Assembly: GCA_043228905.1 (NCBI GenBank)
Contig: JBHGNT010000004.1
Span: 14,942,001 to 15,006,000 of the forward strand
From: Azolla caroliniana
Lineage: Eukaryota; Plantae; Polypodiophyta
DNA length: 64,000 nt
Direction: 5' to 3'
Shown here piece by piece: positions 38,025 to 50,275 of this stretch (position 1 is its first letter; the number at the start of each line of letters is the position of its first letter). Below the pieces are notes generated by a model. It did no database searches. It was not told the origin of the DNA and saw only the letters and a list, made by a program, of their open reading frames with translations. A program made the position numbers and the translations under genes.

Positions 38025-38850
38025 TTTTTCCATAAGTGAAGAAGATTTTTCCTTTTCTTGTTCACAGTATCTGGGGAACCTTGTATATTATCATACTGGC
38101 CACAGACTACTGCCAGCAAGTTCTCCCATATCTCAAACAACACATCTGAGAGATGAATATCTACCGCATCATAAAGTCGGTTACATCGATATTTCCATAA
38201 TGCCCATAACGTTATTGTGGTCAATGTTTTCCAAATCAGGACAGATCGCACCTGCTTTCGAGGTTGCATTGCCTCATGAACATCGTTTGCCTCATACAAC
38301 ATCAAGCTGGAATGTAATACTCCCCACATCGTTGATCCCCATGAGAATAGGCAACCTACATTGATTGTTAGGAATAAAGACATGACTTTCTTCCATACTT
38401 GTTGAGCAAAAGAACAAGACCATAGGACATGCTTGGTAGTCTCCTGAGCTTCATGGCAAAAGCCACATTGCCGCAAATTGGGTGCCACATTCCTTTTCAA
38501 TGAATGGCCAACTGGTAGTGCCATATGCACTAATAACCATCGAAAGAGAATAAATTTAGTTGGCCTCTTGAATGACTAGATCCATTTCTAGTAGGTTCTC
38601 AAATGCGAAGTTGAGACACCCCAATTGGTCCAATGTTTCTGGGCTGCTGGTATCGTTACATTCCTAGAGAGCAGTAATGATCTTCCAAGTTTTACTGAGT
38701 ATTGAAAGAAGGGGACCTTTACGATCTTTTCCCCCAAGGAGTGCGACCAAAGCCAACCCCTCGGATCCCATGTTAATCTTGCAACAAGATCTTTTGCGTA
38801 TAACCACAGGATTATCACACATATGAGCAATTGACGATCCATTTCTTTCC
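38025..38850 (-). mobile_element. L1-type LINE ORF2 C-terminal fragment (zinc-binding region)
   Basis: CGFCHEAQETTKHVLWSCSFAQQVW and LWALWKYRCN motifs. Confidence 0.75.
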
Positions 38851-39031
38851 AGTTTTAGCAACCACTCTGATTGGTGCACTTCGCAAGTCCTGTAGATAAC
38901 TGCAATCAAAGGTATAAGATACGTGTATCTTTGTGTTGAGTACCAATGCTCAAATAGACTAGCCAATAGGAATCGATATTGTTTTTTTGTTGATCTACAT
39001 GCTCTTTCCCTGCCTTCAAACTAGAAAAAAT

Positions 39032-39106
39032 TTCTCCAAATTTGATCTTTGTGAGGCCTACAATTTGGTTCACGTGAAGCCTGGCAAGGAATGGAAGATG
39101 ACATTT
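39032..39106 (+). pseudogene. Tiny gypsy RT relic
   Basis: Translates FSKFDLCEAYNLVHVKPGKEWKMTF, resembling the gypsy FSKxDLxxAYxxxRxxxxxEWKTAF motif. Confidence 0.55.
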
Positions 39107-39688
39107 TACACTCATCATGGGTTTTTCTAGCATATGGTTTCACATCAATTCGTGTGTGCATGTGTCGCTCGAGCAAGACCATTATGAACCTGACCCAAGG
39201 AAATGGCTTTGTCAAGAAAAGACTATGGACTTTTCTCATTTCACATAGTTGTGTTAGAGCTCTAACTCTTCCCTTTCAATTTTTCACTTGTACCCAAGAG
39301 TGATTAAGGTTAAGCGCTAATTGACCACTCTAGCCCGATTGGCTACCAATAGGGTCAACGGAGATCTGGATCTTTCAGGCAACGATATAGATGTGGACGT
39401 AGAACTCTAATTCATAGAAGTGTGCCAATGTCATGTGCATGGAAGCCACATATAATCTAGAGAGCTATCGAAACCCTCATTTGTATACCCTTGTTTAGTA
39501 GTGTTTCAAGATAGCTTTGGAGATGTTCAACATTGCATCATCTGAACCTCCTCAAAACTTCCTCTTGTTCTTTCCTAGCATATTGTAGCCTTGGACCAAA
39601 GGTTCCTCGATGCACCATTCCTAGGTGTACCATTCCTAGGATCATATATTCACCTTCTTTCTTTTCTTTGGACTCGTCTTTGCCTAAT

Positions 39689-39883
39689 TCGTATATGTAT
39701 AATGAGAAGGTGGTATACCCCTTGAAATTTCTTTTAACTTGAGTTTCATTAATAATAATATACTTGAGTTTCGTTAATAATAATATACTTGAGCTTCATT
39801 AATATAATAATAAGTCCTTTATTTGGACTAGTCATTGCCCAGTTCATATATGTATGACAAGAAGGTGGTATACCCCTTGAAAA
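39689..39883. repeat. Local direct repeats
   Basis: AGAAGGTGGTATACCCCTTGAAA twice, flanking three ACTTGAGTTTCATTAATAATAAT-like units. Confidence 0.65.
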
Positions 39884-42044
39884 ACTAATAATAGTATTAA
39901 ATAATAAAGAGATTAACATGTTGTTAACATTATGTATCCACTTGGGGGATAGTTAGACTGATAAATCAAATATATTGTACATAGAGTGTTTTTGCAAATG
40001 TTTTGTGATCAAAGCACCATAAAATAGGAATAAGATACAAACAAATACTGAGAGTGGATGTAAATGTTAACACTTACACTCAAGAGCTATATGAATTGTT
40101 CGATACATGCAAATTCTTATACTATAGATTGTGTTTAAGCAATGTGCAATTAACAATTCTAACAATAACACATACCTTTTGTCATGTCTTTATTGAAATT
40201 GTGTTTGGCTTCTAGTGCGTGTCAAGTTGCTTAGTCAACTTTCAACCGAGAATCAATGTGTGTGCACCAATTATGTAATAGTGGGAGAGTCAATGGCTCA
40301 GTTGATTTTGCAGATGAATTATAATAGTGCGATTAAGTAATCAATGGATTGACTAGACCATACATGGAAAGATTTGGATTATGTATCACTCATGTTTTGT
40401 ATCTGCCTTTGTTTTAGCATTTTCTTCCTCTTGACACGTTTGACTTCTAAAGTTTTATGAGAGGAAAATAGTTTAACCTTAATAGATTAAAAAAGAAACA
40501 AGAATGACATTTAATCTTTCAATACACAAATAAGTGATTTTCCTAGTGGACAAAGTTAGAAATTGTTAGTGTTGTGGCTTAGTTTCATGTGATGTGAAGA
40601 AAGTTGGCCCATCTATATTTGCCTCTTCCAAATCATCCGCTTTTTTTGACCTTTCTTGCTTGACAAGGTGTGAACCTCGGCTTAGAGACATTTCGGTTCA
40701 ATTCAGAATAAGGTGATTTATACAAACCTCTCCTTCTCTCAAGCGCGCGTATAATATCCCCACACCACATAATCTCCTAGCTATATTATGGACATAATAT
40801 GTTTTTCACTCGTTCTCACTATAATATCCACACACTCATTCTACAAGCTTTAATTTTAAAAAAATCTCTCAAATATATAATCCACACATTTTTTTCATTT
40901 CCATTTCCATTTTCTCTCTCAAATATATAATCCATACGCTTTTTTATTTCCAATCCTATTTTCCCTTTCCATAACTTTAGTAAACATAAGTTTGGTCACA
41001 TTCTCTCATTTAACTCTCCTCTCACAAATAATATCCACAGAATGCCCTCTAACCTTTACGTGCACGCACGCACACAAAATCCACCCAATAATTCTGACCA
41101 TGTGATGCCGATTGCCAACATTTTGCAAAATTTATACGATACTTCCCCCCTTTCTTTCGATGAATACTGTCTGTAATTTGTTCTCTCTACTTGACTATTT
41201 GACATTAATCTCTATTATTATGCATGTGGTCCATAAAAAGTGTATGGTTCGAATTGTGTAGTACTCCATACCGATGATAAACATATATGTACACATGTTG
41301 TTTGCACCGGACAAAACCAAGGCCACTTTGCTTTGCCATAAATAAAACAAAGCTAACTTTGATTCCAATAAATATTTTGCTTCATTAGTAACTTCCAAAT
41401 TCTTGCATCTAAGCGTGGAGATTGTTGCCTTCAAATTGTGTGTTTTCCTAAATACATACAATATGGATATACCTCCATGCATGTATGTATCGTCGTGTAA
41501 GAAGCACCTTTGGTTCATATTGACGACACATGTATGTTTAAGCCTCATGAGGTGTATGTGTTTGTGTTGTTTTTATTGCCCAAATGTCCAACGCATCATT
41601 GAGATTTACACACCTCCTCGCTCTGAATGTGTGCATTTTGTTGCATGTCCATGTTTCATTGCCAGTTTGACAAGAGTATAAGTCAAGCTTCAAGTGGAAT
41701 GAGGATCAATGGGAAGAAAAGAAGAAGAGAGAAAAAAAGAATCATATGTATGTATGTTGTAGAAAGGGGAGGGGGGGAAGACAATTGGAAGGCTAGACAC
41801 GTACGTACGTGGGTGGACGATGTTTTCGTATGGCAGGATGATCTTCATGGAAGATTTAACAGAGATGCATGCGATGGAATATGTATATACATATATAGGT
41901 TGGAGGGGGCACCGCTATTATGTTGTTTTATATTACGTTTCTGAAAGAGCAATAGGAGGAGGGGATGATGGCATGCTTTTCTTCTTCTTTTTTAAACCAA
42001 ATCAACAACAAATAAAGGGAGAGTGGGGATGATGATTGATTTTC

Positions 42045-42483
42045 GTCTTCTTCTTCTTCTTTTTAAACGATATGGACGCACGGGGGGGGGGGGGGGGGGG
42101 GGGGGGCGAGTATGTGAAAAAGAAAACGAGACTAAAACACAAATAAATACATACTGTATATGTATGTATGTATACTTACGCATACACAAAATACATACAT
42201 ACATACATACATACATACATGTCGTACAGTACATGTTGTAACATACCATACGTGACTGAAGTCTGAGACAAACCGGAAGAAAATAAGAAAGAAAGAAAAG
42301 AGTGTCTGTGTAACAAAACAATAGCACACAAACACAACACAGGCATCAATCCATCAAACTTAACGGCAATTTCCTCTTTCATTCTCTAAGGCAATACATA
42401 TCTTTCTTTCTCTCTCTCTCTCTCTCTCTCGCCACGTCACAACACTCCCTCCCTGCCTGCCTGCCTGCCTGCCTGCACGTCCT

Positions 42484-42532
<49 letters not shown>

Positions 42533-42680
42533 TTGCATACAGGAAGTAGTACAGTACACGTTTGTTTGTTTGTTTCTCTGTGCGCCTGTCTGACTGTCTG
42601 TCTGTCTGTCTGTGGTTTCCTTCCCATCATCATCACCATCATCATCATCCATCCATCCATCCATCCATCATCCTCCTCCT
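42045..42680. repeat. Dense microsatellite cluster in the promoter/5' UTR of the host gene
   Basis: (CTT)n, poly-G, (ATAC)n, (CT)n, (CCTG)n, (TTTG)n, (TCTG)n, (ATC)n, (CATC)n. Confidence 0.9.
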
Positions 42681-42703
42681 GCATTTATTTGCCCGAAGAA
42701 GAA

Positions 42704-45700
42704 ATGGTCGCCGTGAAGAAGTTGTATTCCACAGCCCCCATAGAGCCCGACTGGAAACCTCCTCTGAATGTGCACCACGAACATCGCCATCACCACCACC
42801 ACCACCACCACCACCATCATCGTCATCATCATCATCATCGGAGAGAAGAAGGTAGTTGGCAGAACAGATTCGCAGGATTCATTTTCGTCTGCAACAAGGA
42901 TACGCTCCCCGATCTGGACAGAAGGATATTCGGTGAGTCTTTCTCATCTCTCTCTCTCTCTCTCCCTCTAATCTCTTCTTTTACCATGCTCCTATACACT
43001 AGGTCAATCAAGAACGGCCAGGTCAATCGTGAAACGTACAGGGAAACCAAGAAACTAAAGTGTAAAGCGAGAGACGGCTATCAATTAAGTGCATTGGAGG
43101 CAGATTCCCCCTGAACTGCCTCTCTCTTGGGGAATGAGATTGTTGAATCAAGACTCTCCTGTGGAGTAAACATGAATCAGTTCAATTTTGTGCGAATGGT
43201 TTGTCTTTGTGTGAAGGAGCTGGTTAAGCATGAATTGGCAATGGATTCAAGGGGAAGCATTCAGAATCTGTCTGATATGGATATCTCTGTATGAACAGCC
43301 GCTATTGCAACCAAGAATCGTCTAGGTCAAGCAGCAATCAGGTTTTCTAAATGCATGAATGGGTAGAATTAGCCCAGGACAGATGCTTCTATGAAGAGCC
43401 GTGTCACCAAAGAATCAGCTAGGTCAACCAGGATTCATGTTGTCTTAATATATGCATGAGTAGAATTAGCTATGGTAAGGTTCAACTATTGATTAAATGC
43501 AAAGAGGACTTGGTCTTCTTAGTATATGCATAAATAAGAGGATTGGCTTACTCAAGCTTTGCCAATGGATTAATTGTGAAGCACTCAGATTTTCTCTGAA
43601 CTGGTTCTGGTTTGTGAAGGAGATCTTGTGACACGAGAAGACTGTTTGATGTGAAGGAAATTTGTGACCATAGGTCAGGCAAGAGTTAGATACTGAATAG
43701 GCATAAAGTAGTTAGAATGTGTGCAATGTTATCTGCATGTTCGAAGGAGATTTGTGAGATTAGAAATATTGGAGATACATATATTCTGCTGTGATTATGT
43801 TCTCCAGGTTTACCAGCTCATCATGCTGAGTCTGTGCGTGCAATCAGACGAGGGATGCCACTCTTCTTGTTCAACTATTCAAGCCGATGTCTTTGTGGAG
43901 TCTTCGAAGTATTTACTGTGATTTGCAATATTCGTTAATGTGATTTCTATTTATTTGTGATGTTCCACTATGTGATTTGAAGTTACGAACGTCCTTTCGC
44001 ATGATCTCTTTTGATTTCTGATGTCTTTCTAAATGATTGCTTAAATTGGTGATGTTCATTCCTTTGCATGAAACTCTAGGCAACAAGTGATGGCGGATTA
44101 AACCTTGATCCCTACGCTTGGGAAAATACTGAGCAAACTAAATTCATGAAGGGACCAGAATCAAGGTACCCTGCTCAGGTGAGCCTTCTATGTGCATAGA
44201 ATTATACGATCCATGGTTCCTATCATGATTCTATTGATGAGACTTATCTGTCATCTCTAACTATTATAGGTAAGGGTTCGCTTGAGATTCCAGAGGCCAC
44301 CGTTGAATGAGGAAACTTTTCGGCCTGTTCTGGATCACTTTGAGGGGCATAAGTTCAGGTTGGAGCTGACAAGATACCAGGTATGTCCCAAATGCCATTG
44401 TGCATTGGACATTGGTACTTCGCTAGAAGTATGGCAGTTTCTTGAGTAGATGGTGTGGTTGTGTTGCTTGTAACATTTCATATATTTTTGGTGATGACAG
44501 GTACAACAACTTCTCAGATTGTTTGGAGCTCCAGAGGGAGGGTTCTTTGGGGTAAATGCCAGGGATTTCCATTTGCCGTTTAGCCCATGTGATTGTGATT
44601 CTCCACGATCTGCGTCCAGGTCAGATTTTGACTGTCAAAGTGAGTGTTCCAGCAAAGGAACCTATAATGGGGAGGAAGAGTGTATTGAAGAAGCTCCATC
44701 TGAAGACAGTGTGCTTAGTGATAGCATGAACTTAGATTTTCTGAGTGACAAATTGTGTCAAGTAGTGCTAAATGATGTGCGCATTGATCACCTTGACATT
44801 GTGCAAGAAGATATGCTTTATAATGCGACTCAAATGGCAGGCGTGCATCTCAATATCTTGGGGAGAAATCATACTAATCTTATGAATCACTATCACATTT
44901 GGAACATGAACCATTCAAAGGGTCTTGATTGTGCTCCAAATTATCACAATGAATGTCACATGCTACGTTTGAATGGGAATGATCCAGCTGTGAACAACGG
45001 GTTAGTCAATTTTGGTCAGAACTGTTCACACCATCTGCTGTTGGAAGGTGGAGAGGGCATGCTTACGATTCCTTCGATACCAGCACCGTGGCAGCCTCTG
45101 TTTCTTGAAACTCAGATTCCTGCACTAGCAGAACCAAGAGACTGTACTGGTTTTCCTGTGCACATGCATAAAGTAAGTGGGATGGCCGAAAGTATGCGAT
45201 CTAATTCACGTTTGTCCCTGAAGCAATGTCTTAATGAGGAGAAAATCAAAGATTCTCTGCCTAGTATTCCAGAAAGACAGGTGGATGGTACAGCTTCCTG
45301 TTTACCATCAAGTCTGTTTGTTCAACTTCCTGCGCAGTCTGGGTCAGGCAAATGTATGCCAGTATTGCCCCCAGATGGGAAATATGCCCAGCCTCCAGTA
45401 GATCACCTAGAGGAGTCAGAAGAAGGGGAGGGAGATTTGGCAGTGATGCCACATTTATTCATTCAACCTAGCTCTTTCCCAGTATATCTGATGCCATCAA
45501 TGCCAAGAATTGTGACCATTGCATCACCCATTGAATTATTGCACTTAGAGATATTGCAATTTGCAAGACTCACTCGACCGTCTGCTGAGACAATACTTCA
45601 CGTGGAGTCTGCAATAGATTCAGTCAGATCCTGTGTGAAGATGCTATGGCCTGAAGCTGATGTGGAGGTTAGCCTATTAATCCACACGCTTCTCATTTTT

Positions 45701-47273
45701 CTCGTGTTATTGTTGAAAGCGCTTCTTAATACGTAGATTTCCTTGTATTTCTTCCCAAGTCTTATCTCACTCTTGATAGACTTTCCTATGAATTTAATTG
45801 TGATACATTTGGTGCGTTCAGGTGTTTGGTTCCTTTGCTTCAGGCTTGTGCCTGCAGCACAGTGATGTTGATCTTGCAATTGTGGATGCACCTTTTGTAC
45901 CACCAATGGTGAATATGTCTATGTCACAAATATCTGCTTCTCTGTTGAAGGAGATTGGATCATTTTTGAAATTTCAGAAATGGTGCATGAACTACAATGT
46001 GATAGACACTGCGTCAGTGCCTGTACTGAAGTGTTGCTATCAACCTTTCGCGAGGCTACCAGATAGTTCTCTGTCTATCCCTTCAATTTCCATTGACATC
46101 ACAATCGGTGGTATAAGGGGCACTGCGTATGAATGGAATCAAGCCTATAGATTTGGTGGCTCGGGCAAGCTCTCAACGATAGGTAAGTTTCGGAATCAGC
46201 ATACGGGAGGAGGAGCTCGTGAGTATGTCCTCCAAAAAATCCAGGAGTTACCAGCTCTTGCACCACTTGTAAGTTATGTCTTCTCTTTAAAGTCTTGTTG
46301 GAACATTTTCACAAATTTTGAATGACTTATAAAAGAAAACAATATATCGTGTTGCTTTTTCTTGCAGGTGCTACTTTTGAAGTCATTTTTGCACCATAAG
46401 GGCTTAAGTAATGTTTATTTGGGTGGGCTTGGATCTTTCTCCCTGACTTTACTCATCACCTTTTACTTGGAGGTACATTCTTGATAGTTTATTACCTTTA
46501 TTTTGATTCTCTTCTCTTTGATTGTTGTCATAAGGGGAATTGAATTTGCAGAGAGCCATGGAGGGATTATTTGAGGATTTTCATGCAGAATCTGTCCTTC
46601 CAAAGCATTTTGATATCCAGAACTTGGAAAATGGTCCTGATTACAATTGTAGTCTTGGTGAATACTATGTTCAAAGAGCAGCAAAAGCTGTTGAGAAAGT
46701 GTTAGCACTCAGTGAGTCTTCTGGTATCCATTGTCTAGGAACGTTGCTTCTGGGTTTTCTGAACTTCTTTGGATCTGAAGACTTGACATGTCAGAAAATT
46801 GTATTGAAGGTAATGCATGTTTTGGAGGTAAAGATGTTAGTGTTAACGAATCGATTCTGAATGTTTGATCATATGTCTATTTGAAGGGACTTGATGGCAG
46901 TCCGGGTGGGAAACGGCAAAGGCGGAATAGACATATTGCATTATGGATAGATGATCCTCTGCATCCAGGAATTAATGTAGGCGCTGGTTCATTTGGCATG
47001 TGTCATGTTCAGGTAATTAATTTTTAAGCTGATTGCAGTCTAACTGATTAAGAAACACGGCTAAAATGAATCAAGAGATGTGCAGGTTCTCTTGGTCTTA
47101 AAAGTGTAAATCTCCTTTGGCAGGATTCGTTCCGAGAAATGTTGCAGGTTCTTATTTACCGGAAGTTGCCTGTAGTGCCGCTCTGTTGTAGCAAAATCGA
47201 TTGCCGAGACTTGGCTGCATTTGGGCAACTTCCCCAGTTAAGGCAATTAGTCTTTCAGGCTGAATCTTGGTGA
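42704..47273 (+). CDS. DCD-domain / TRF4-PAPD5 (TENT4)-like non-canonical poly(A) polymerase fusion protein, 10 exons, ~930 aa
   Basis: Exons 42704-42932, 43808-43908, 44080-44178, 44270-44380, 44501-45667, 45822-46268, 46368-46472, 46552-46809, 46887-47012, 47124-47273. All introns GT-AG; 2793 nt with no internal stop. DCD and nucleotidyltransferase/PAP-associated motifs are in frame. Confidence 0.88.
42869..44524 (+). other. DCD (development and cell death) domain, exons 1-5
   Basis: FAGFIFVCNKDT..RRIFGLP..SVRAIRRGMPLFLFNYS..GVFEATSDGGLNLDPYAWE..SRYPAQVRVR..PLNEETFRPVLDHFEGHKFRLEL..QVQQLLRLF, collinear with the plant DCD/NRP consensus. Confidence 0.9.
43282..43470. repeat. ~100-bp degenerate tandem duplication in intron 1
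   Basis: TATGAA.AGCCG..AAGAATC..CTAGGTCAA.CAG..GTAGAATTAGC twice. Confidence 0.6.
45530..47150 (+). other. Pol-beta-type nucleotidyltransferase and PAP-associated domain
   Basis: LHLEILQF, VFGSFASGLCLQHSDVDL, ASVPVLK, SIDITI, LKSFL..GGLGSFSL, LGTLLLGFLNFFG, WIDDPLHPGINVG. Confidence 0.9.
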
Positions 47274-48056
47274 TGCGAACTCTTTTGGAAGTGTGCATCA
47301 TTGATCGGAGAAAGCGTTGGAACTGGATTTGGAGTATCTGGTATGAATGGAGAAGCAGTGGAGATAGAAAAATAATGGTTCTTGGTTCTGCGGAAGATAG
47401 TTCAGTGCCATGATCCTCACTCCAGAACCTCGGTTTAAGCTTCGTTTCAATTTGAGGCTCTCCTGCAGATGCTCAGAAAGAACAGTTTTGTTTGATTAAT
47501 TTGAACCCTTAGGAACAGATAATCAGGAAGAGTTTGGTGTAGATGTGTACAGAGGCGTATAATGTGCAGCTTTGCCTATGCTTATTTTTTTCTGCAAGGC
47601 AAACTATTTTAACAGCAGTGACAAGAAACTTTCAGGGAGTTCTCATTGTAAATAAACTGAAAACTCAGTTTTGAGGCAGAAAGTATGCCTGCTCTCCCAG
47701 GCATGCAAGCCTTTATCAACAACCATTTGGGGCAATTGTATGTATTTTTAAACAAAAACTCAACTCGAGTTAAGATTGCCAGCAATTTGGCAATCGGGTG
47801 TATTTTTCAACAGCATCTCAACTGGAGAAGACTCAACATGGGTAATAATTTAGAGAACGTACCACTGAAATGAATGGGGTTGTGTCTGAATCATCTGTGG
47901 CGTTGGTGTAGCTGCAATGTGGATTTATTCACATGAAGTTCACTCAAAGTGTTGAGTTGTTATGTCTAATATGGTCTAGTGAGGACAAGCATTGACAGTC
48001 TGATAAGACTCAGACTTTTCTTCTAAATATCTCGAAGACAGAATAGCGGGAAGGCA

Positions 48057-48486
48057 TTGGAATCAGAGGTCGTTACATGCTTAAGTCATAGAAAACATTA
48101 GAATTTTGCTGTGATTGTAATTCTCAAGACAACAACATTGGGAGTGGAAGTTGAAAATATTGGAAGCAGAACTTGGTACGTGCTCAAATCATAAAAAATA
48201 TCAAATTAGCAGTGATTATAATGATCAAGAAAAAATTGGGAATAAAAGTCAGAACACATTGGAAGCAGAACTCACCTACGGAATTCATAAAAAGCATTAG
48301 AAATTTGCAGTGGTTGTAATGCTCAAGAAAACAGTGGGAGTTCGAGTTGTACCTGATTAACTCATCAGAATATTAGATAGAAGTAGTTACGTGCTTAAAT
48401 CATAAAAAACATTCGAAGTCTGCAGTGATTGTAATAAACCTTCGCAGTTGTACCTGATTAATTCATCAGAATAGTAAATAGAAGTC
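48057..48486. repeat. About four degenerate ~100-bp tandem units downstream of the gene
   Basis: Recurrent TTGGAAGCAGAAC..TACGTGCT.AAATCATAAAAA.CATTAGAA.TTGCAGTGATTGTAAT; AGTTGTACCTGATTAA.TCATCAGAATA twice. Confidence 0.65.
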
Positions 48487-49969
48487 TACAATGTATTTGG
48501 CAATTAAGGTGGGCACTGATTGCCATAAGATTGTGTCAATAAGTAAATCCAGGAAAATATCTCTCTAGAAATAGAAGGGCTCATATCATGTGAATAATCG
48601 TTGCTCTGAAATATTTAGAACCTTGCTATAAATTTCAGACCAGATGTCTATGTACTGTAGCGTGTTTTTTATTATGCTTAGAATGGACACCATCTAAGAA
48701 ATAAAGGAAACCCCAATATTAGTGGGAAACTGTCCCAAATTCATAACGTTAAAGCTAGTAGTATTTAATTCGAGAATGATGTTATTGGTCTAAATGTGCA
48801 CAAAACAATGTTCAATTTGCATTAATGCTGGAACTTTGTGCAAATAATGTTCATGCTTTGGAGAATATCTCAAAATTATATCATGATCTAGATGTTTTGC
48901 AAATAGATAATGGGAAAAGATAGGTCTATTGGCTTTGATAATTGGGAGTGGCATTAATTGAAAATCCAAGAAATGGATGAGGGCGAGGGTTTATGTATTG
49001 CCCGACCAATATCATGTAGCATTATATTTTTAATTTTGTTGGTAATGCCATAGCCAAGTATTCGATGTGATGCTGCTACTTGTGCATTTATTATTTATTT
49101 ATTTAAAAAGGATTTTCTTCAATAGTATTAAGAAAAAAACGCTCAAAGGCTACAACTTGAACCTAGCTACCAAGGAGGTGCATTTCTTAGCAAACAAGCT
49201 ATATTAATTGAATCATTGTAGCTAGAGCAAACACAAATTCATAGCATGCTTGTCAAGTTGCAATTTCTAGCATGCTAGCAACGATTAAGCCAATTGATTT
49301 TGAGAAAACATTGTTCATTGCAAGAGTACGATTGAGATCAATGGCATGAAACAAAAATTCTTTGACAAATATTAACTCAACATTATTCGTACCTAGAATG
49401 AAAAATATCAAATGGGTAATCATATCATTCATTGCTTCTTAATGAATGATAGCTAGCACATCTTAATAATAACTTTACTAAAATGATAATAAATAATACA
49501 TGCATCTACACTCGTTTCTTTTATTCCCTAGTATAGAATCACTCAAAAGCGGCTTACTTGATTGGCCTAATGCGTTCCATCTATAACAACATTATATGCG
49601 AAGATTCATCTATCAGCCTATTGTTACAATTGCACCAGTCAACGTGTTACGAGCATAACCATATTTTATTGCACATTTTTATATGGTTAACTTTCCATAT
49701 TGATTGTGACTTTTTTCATCCATAAAAGAGTGACTACACATGTGTATATCCTCTTGTATCCTTGACATGAAAGACTACAAGGATCATGGTGCAAACTTCT
49801 TGTGTAGCTTTCAAGTAAGCAATGCCACCTCCTTGATTAAAAAATGTTTAGTTTGTGTCACCTCAATTAAAAAAAGTTGAGCACAAAATGTCATAGATAA
49901 TGGAGAACTTAAACCCATGGTCTCCTTGAGGTGCACTTGAAACTTTGGCAACTACATTTATGACTATTT

Positions 49970-50195
49970 GCTTGTAAGATTGTACATATGTGTGAATGAG
50001 TGTGTATGTTTAAATGATCGATGTGTATGATGGTATGCATATAAGATTGGATGTATGTGTATGATTGTATGCATGTAAGATTGTCTGTATGTGCGTATGC
50101 GCATGTATGTGGATGAATGAATGATTGCATGCATATGCCTATGCACGTATGTATCTATGTATGTATGTATACGTGTATCTATGTGTATACATGTG
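49970..50195. repeat. Low-complexity (TATG/TGTA)-rich tract
   Basis: Degenerate TATG/TGCA repeats. Confidence 0.75.
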
Positions 50196-50275
50196 GCTTG
50201 CTATATAGTCCCATAATCGAGTGAAGGAAGAGGAGATCTAATTGTCTAAAAAGGAAGATTTCATGTGTAGGTTAA

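Noticed and set aside
41195-41680. Possible SWIM/MuDR transposase relic (SCKKHLWFIL)
   Set aside because: One weak motif in AT-rich sequence; no TIRs or supporting domains seen.
42533-43114. 193-aa single-exon ORF as the gene start
   Set aside because: The upstream part is microsatellite translation without an ATG start; DCD similarity stops at the GT donor at 42933 and resumes at 43808.
44519-45736. Stand-alone 405-aa ORF
   Set aside because: It is exon 5 of the spliced gene, with an AG acceptor at 44500 and a GT donor at 45668.
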